A DNA stretch of 64,000 nucleotides. Origin: the human T2T-CHM13v2.0 reference genome, Homo sapiens. The notes below the pieces were generated by a model. The model was given only the letters and a program-made list of their open reading frames with translations. It made no database searches and was not told the origin of the DNA. Shown in pieces: positions 63,001 through 64,000 of this stretch (the stretch's first letter is position 1; each line of letters starts with the position of its first letter). The position numbers and the translations under genes are program-made. The stretch is taken from NCBI RefSeq assembly GCF_009914755.1, contig NC_060925.1; one strand, given 5' to 3'.

Positions 63001-64000
63001 CGCATCTGCAGTGGGCAGTTTTTCCACCCAGGCCAGCAAAAATGAGGGAGCGGCCCATGTCCTAGAGTCCGTGGTGGGGAGAGGCACCTGATGGGGCACC
63101 TCACTTTGAGAGGCATTAAGAGAAGGGTCCACCGGGGCAGCGCTGGCCTGGGAACAGCCCACTGGCATGGCTCTGTGCTCCTGCCTTTGGTGGGGGTGGG
63201 GGCGGGGCCCAGCATGGCCGGAGAGGCTGGGGCTTTGTAATAATCACCATAACGATTATTGAATTTGAAAAGCCAGGAGTCAATGCATTTCTGCACGATT
63301 TTGTCAGCAACAAACCACAGCCTCGCCCTGCCCCACCTCCGTCCGCATAGTGCCCATGGCCAGGCTGTCTGGGCGCAGCATTCCTGGGCCTGCTCTCTGG
63401 CTCCCAGTGAGGGTCCCCGCCCCACGGGAGATAAGATAGAGCTGGTGTCAGGGAGGAGGTGTGGACGGGGCCGCACCGGCACGCTGTGAGTGATAAAAGG
63501 GGCTTTGGAAAGGTGCTGACGTGGCACCGTGCTTAATGAGGTCATCGCCGAAGCTGCTGCCCCGATAACCTGGAGGTCAGGCTCCCAGCAAGTGGCCATG
63601 GCGGGAAGCAGGGCTGTCTGCACTGCCCGTCTCCACCCAGCACCCAGTCGGCGCAGCCACTGGGTGCCCATGGGGCTTGGCTCCGAGCTTATTTCAGAGC
63701 TGTCATCCTCAACCCAAGGGTGTCCTTGTCCCGGGGCAGCTGACCCCTCTTTCCCACTGGCTGGTGTGCTGGCAAGGGTGGCGGAGGAGCCGAGGCAGCC
63801 CGGCAGAGCTCAGGGCCGCCCGTGAAAGCCAGCCTTGGATGGTAGCTTCCCCTCCCTCCCACTCCAATGCACCCCGGCTTCCTGCGCTCTGGGGGTCTTC
63901 AAAGCTCCCTGGCTGAGCTGTCTACTGGGAGCTTTCTGTTCTCAGTGTTCACAGAGGCCTGAGCTCTGCTGGCCACGGTGCTGGGCTTGGGGATTGAGGA

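Overview
This is primate genomic DNA, most likely human (AluJ, AluS and AluY are present). It is GC-rich and unusually dense in minisatellites, as in subtelomeric GC-rich bands. I find no credible protein-coding exon: the long ORFs come from tandem repeats, (TG/CA)n tracts, Alu/L1 remnants or GC-rich stop-codon depletion. There are no rRNA, tRNA or CRISPR features. Supported content is four Alus, old L1/L2/MIR fragments, DNA transposons (MER47-type x2, MER82 with a nested internally deleted Tigger1, MER20, MER5-like), MaLR LTRs (MLT1, MST), about a dozen minisatellites and several TG/CA tracts. The best functional signals are all inferred: (i) a chain of minus-strand splice sites ending at an AATAAA (~28.2 kb to ~24.3 kb), suggesting a spliced lncRNA; (ii) an AP-1/TEAD/RUNX/NFAT/CRE motif cluster inside it; (iii) several repeat-free, AT-rich, homeobox-motif-rich islands resembling conserved enhancers; (iv) a diverged ~220-bp direct duplication 3.2 kb apart; (v) minisatellites that grew from transposon-internal seeds. 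Repeat-family names come from my recall of consensus sequences and need RepeatMasker/Dfam confirmation. I see no evidence for a wholly new biological system.
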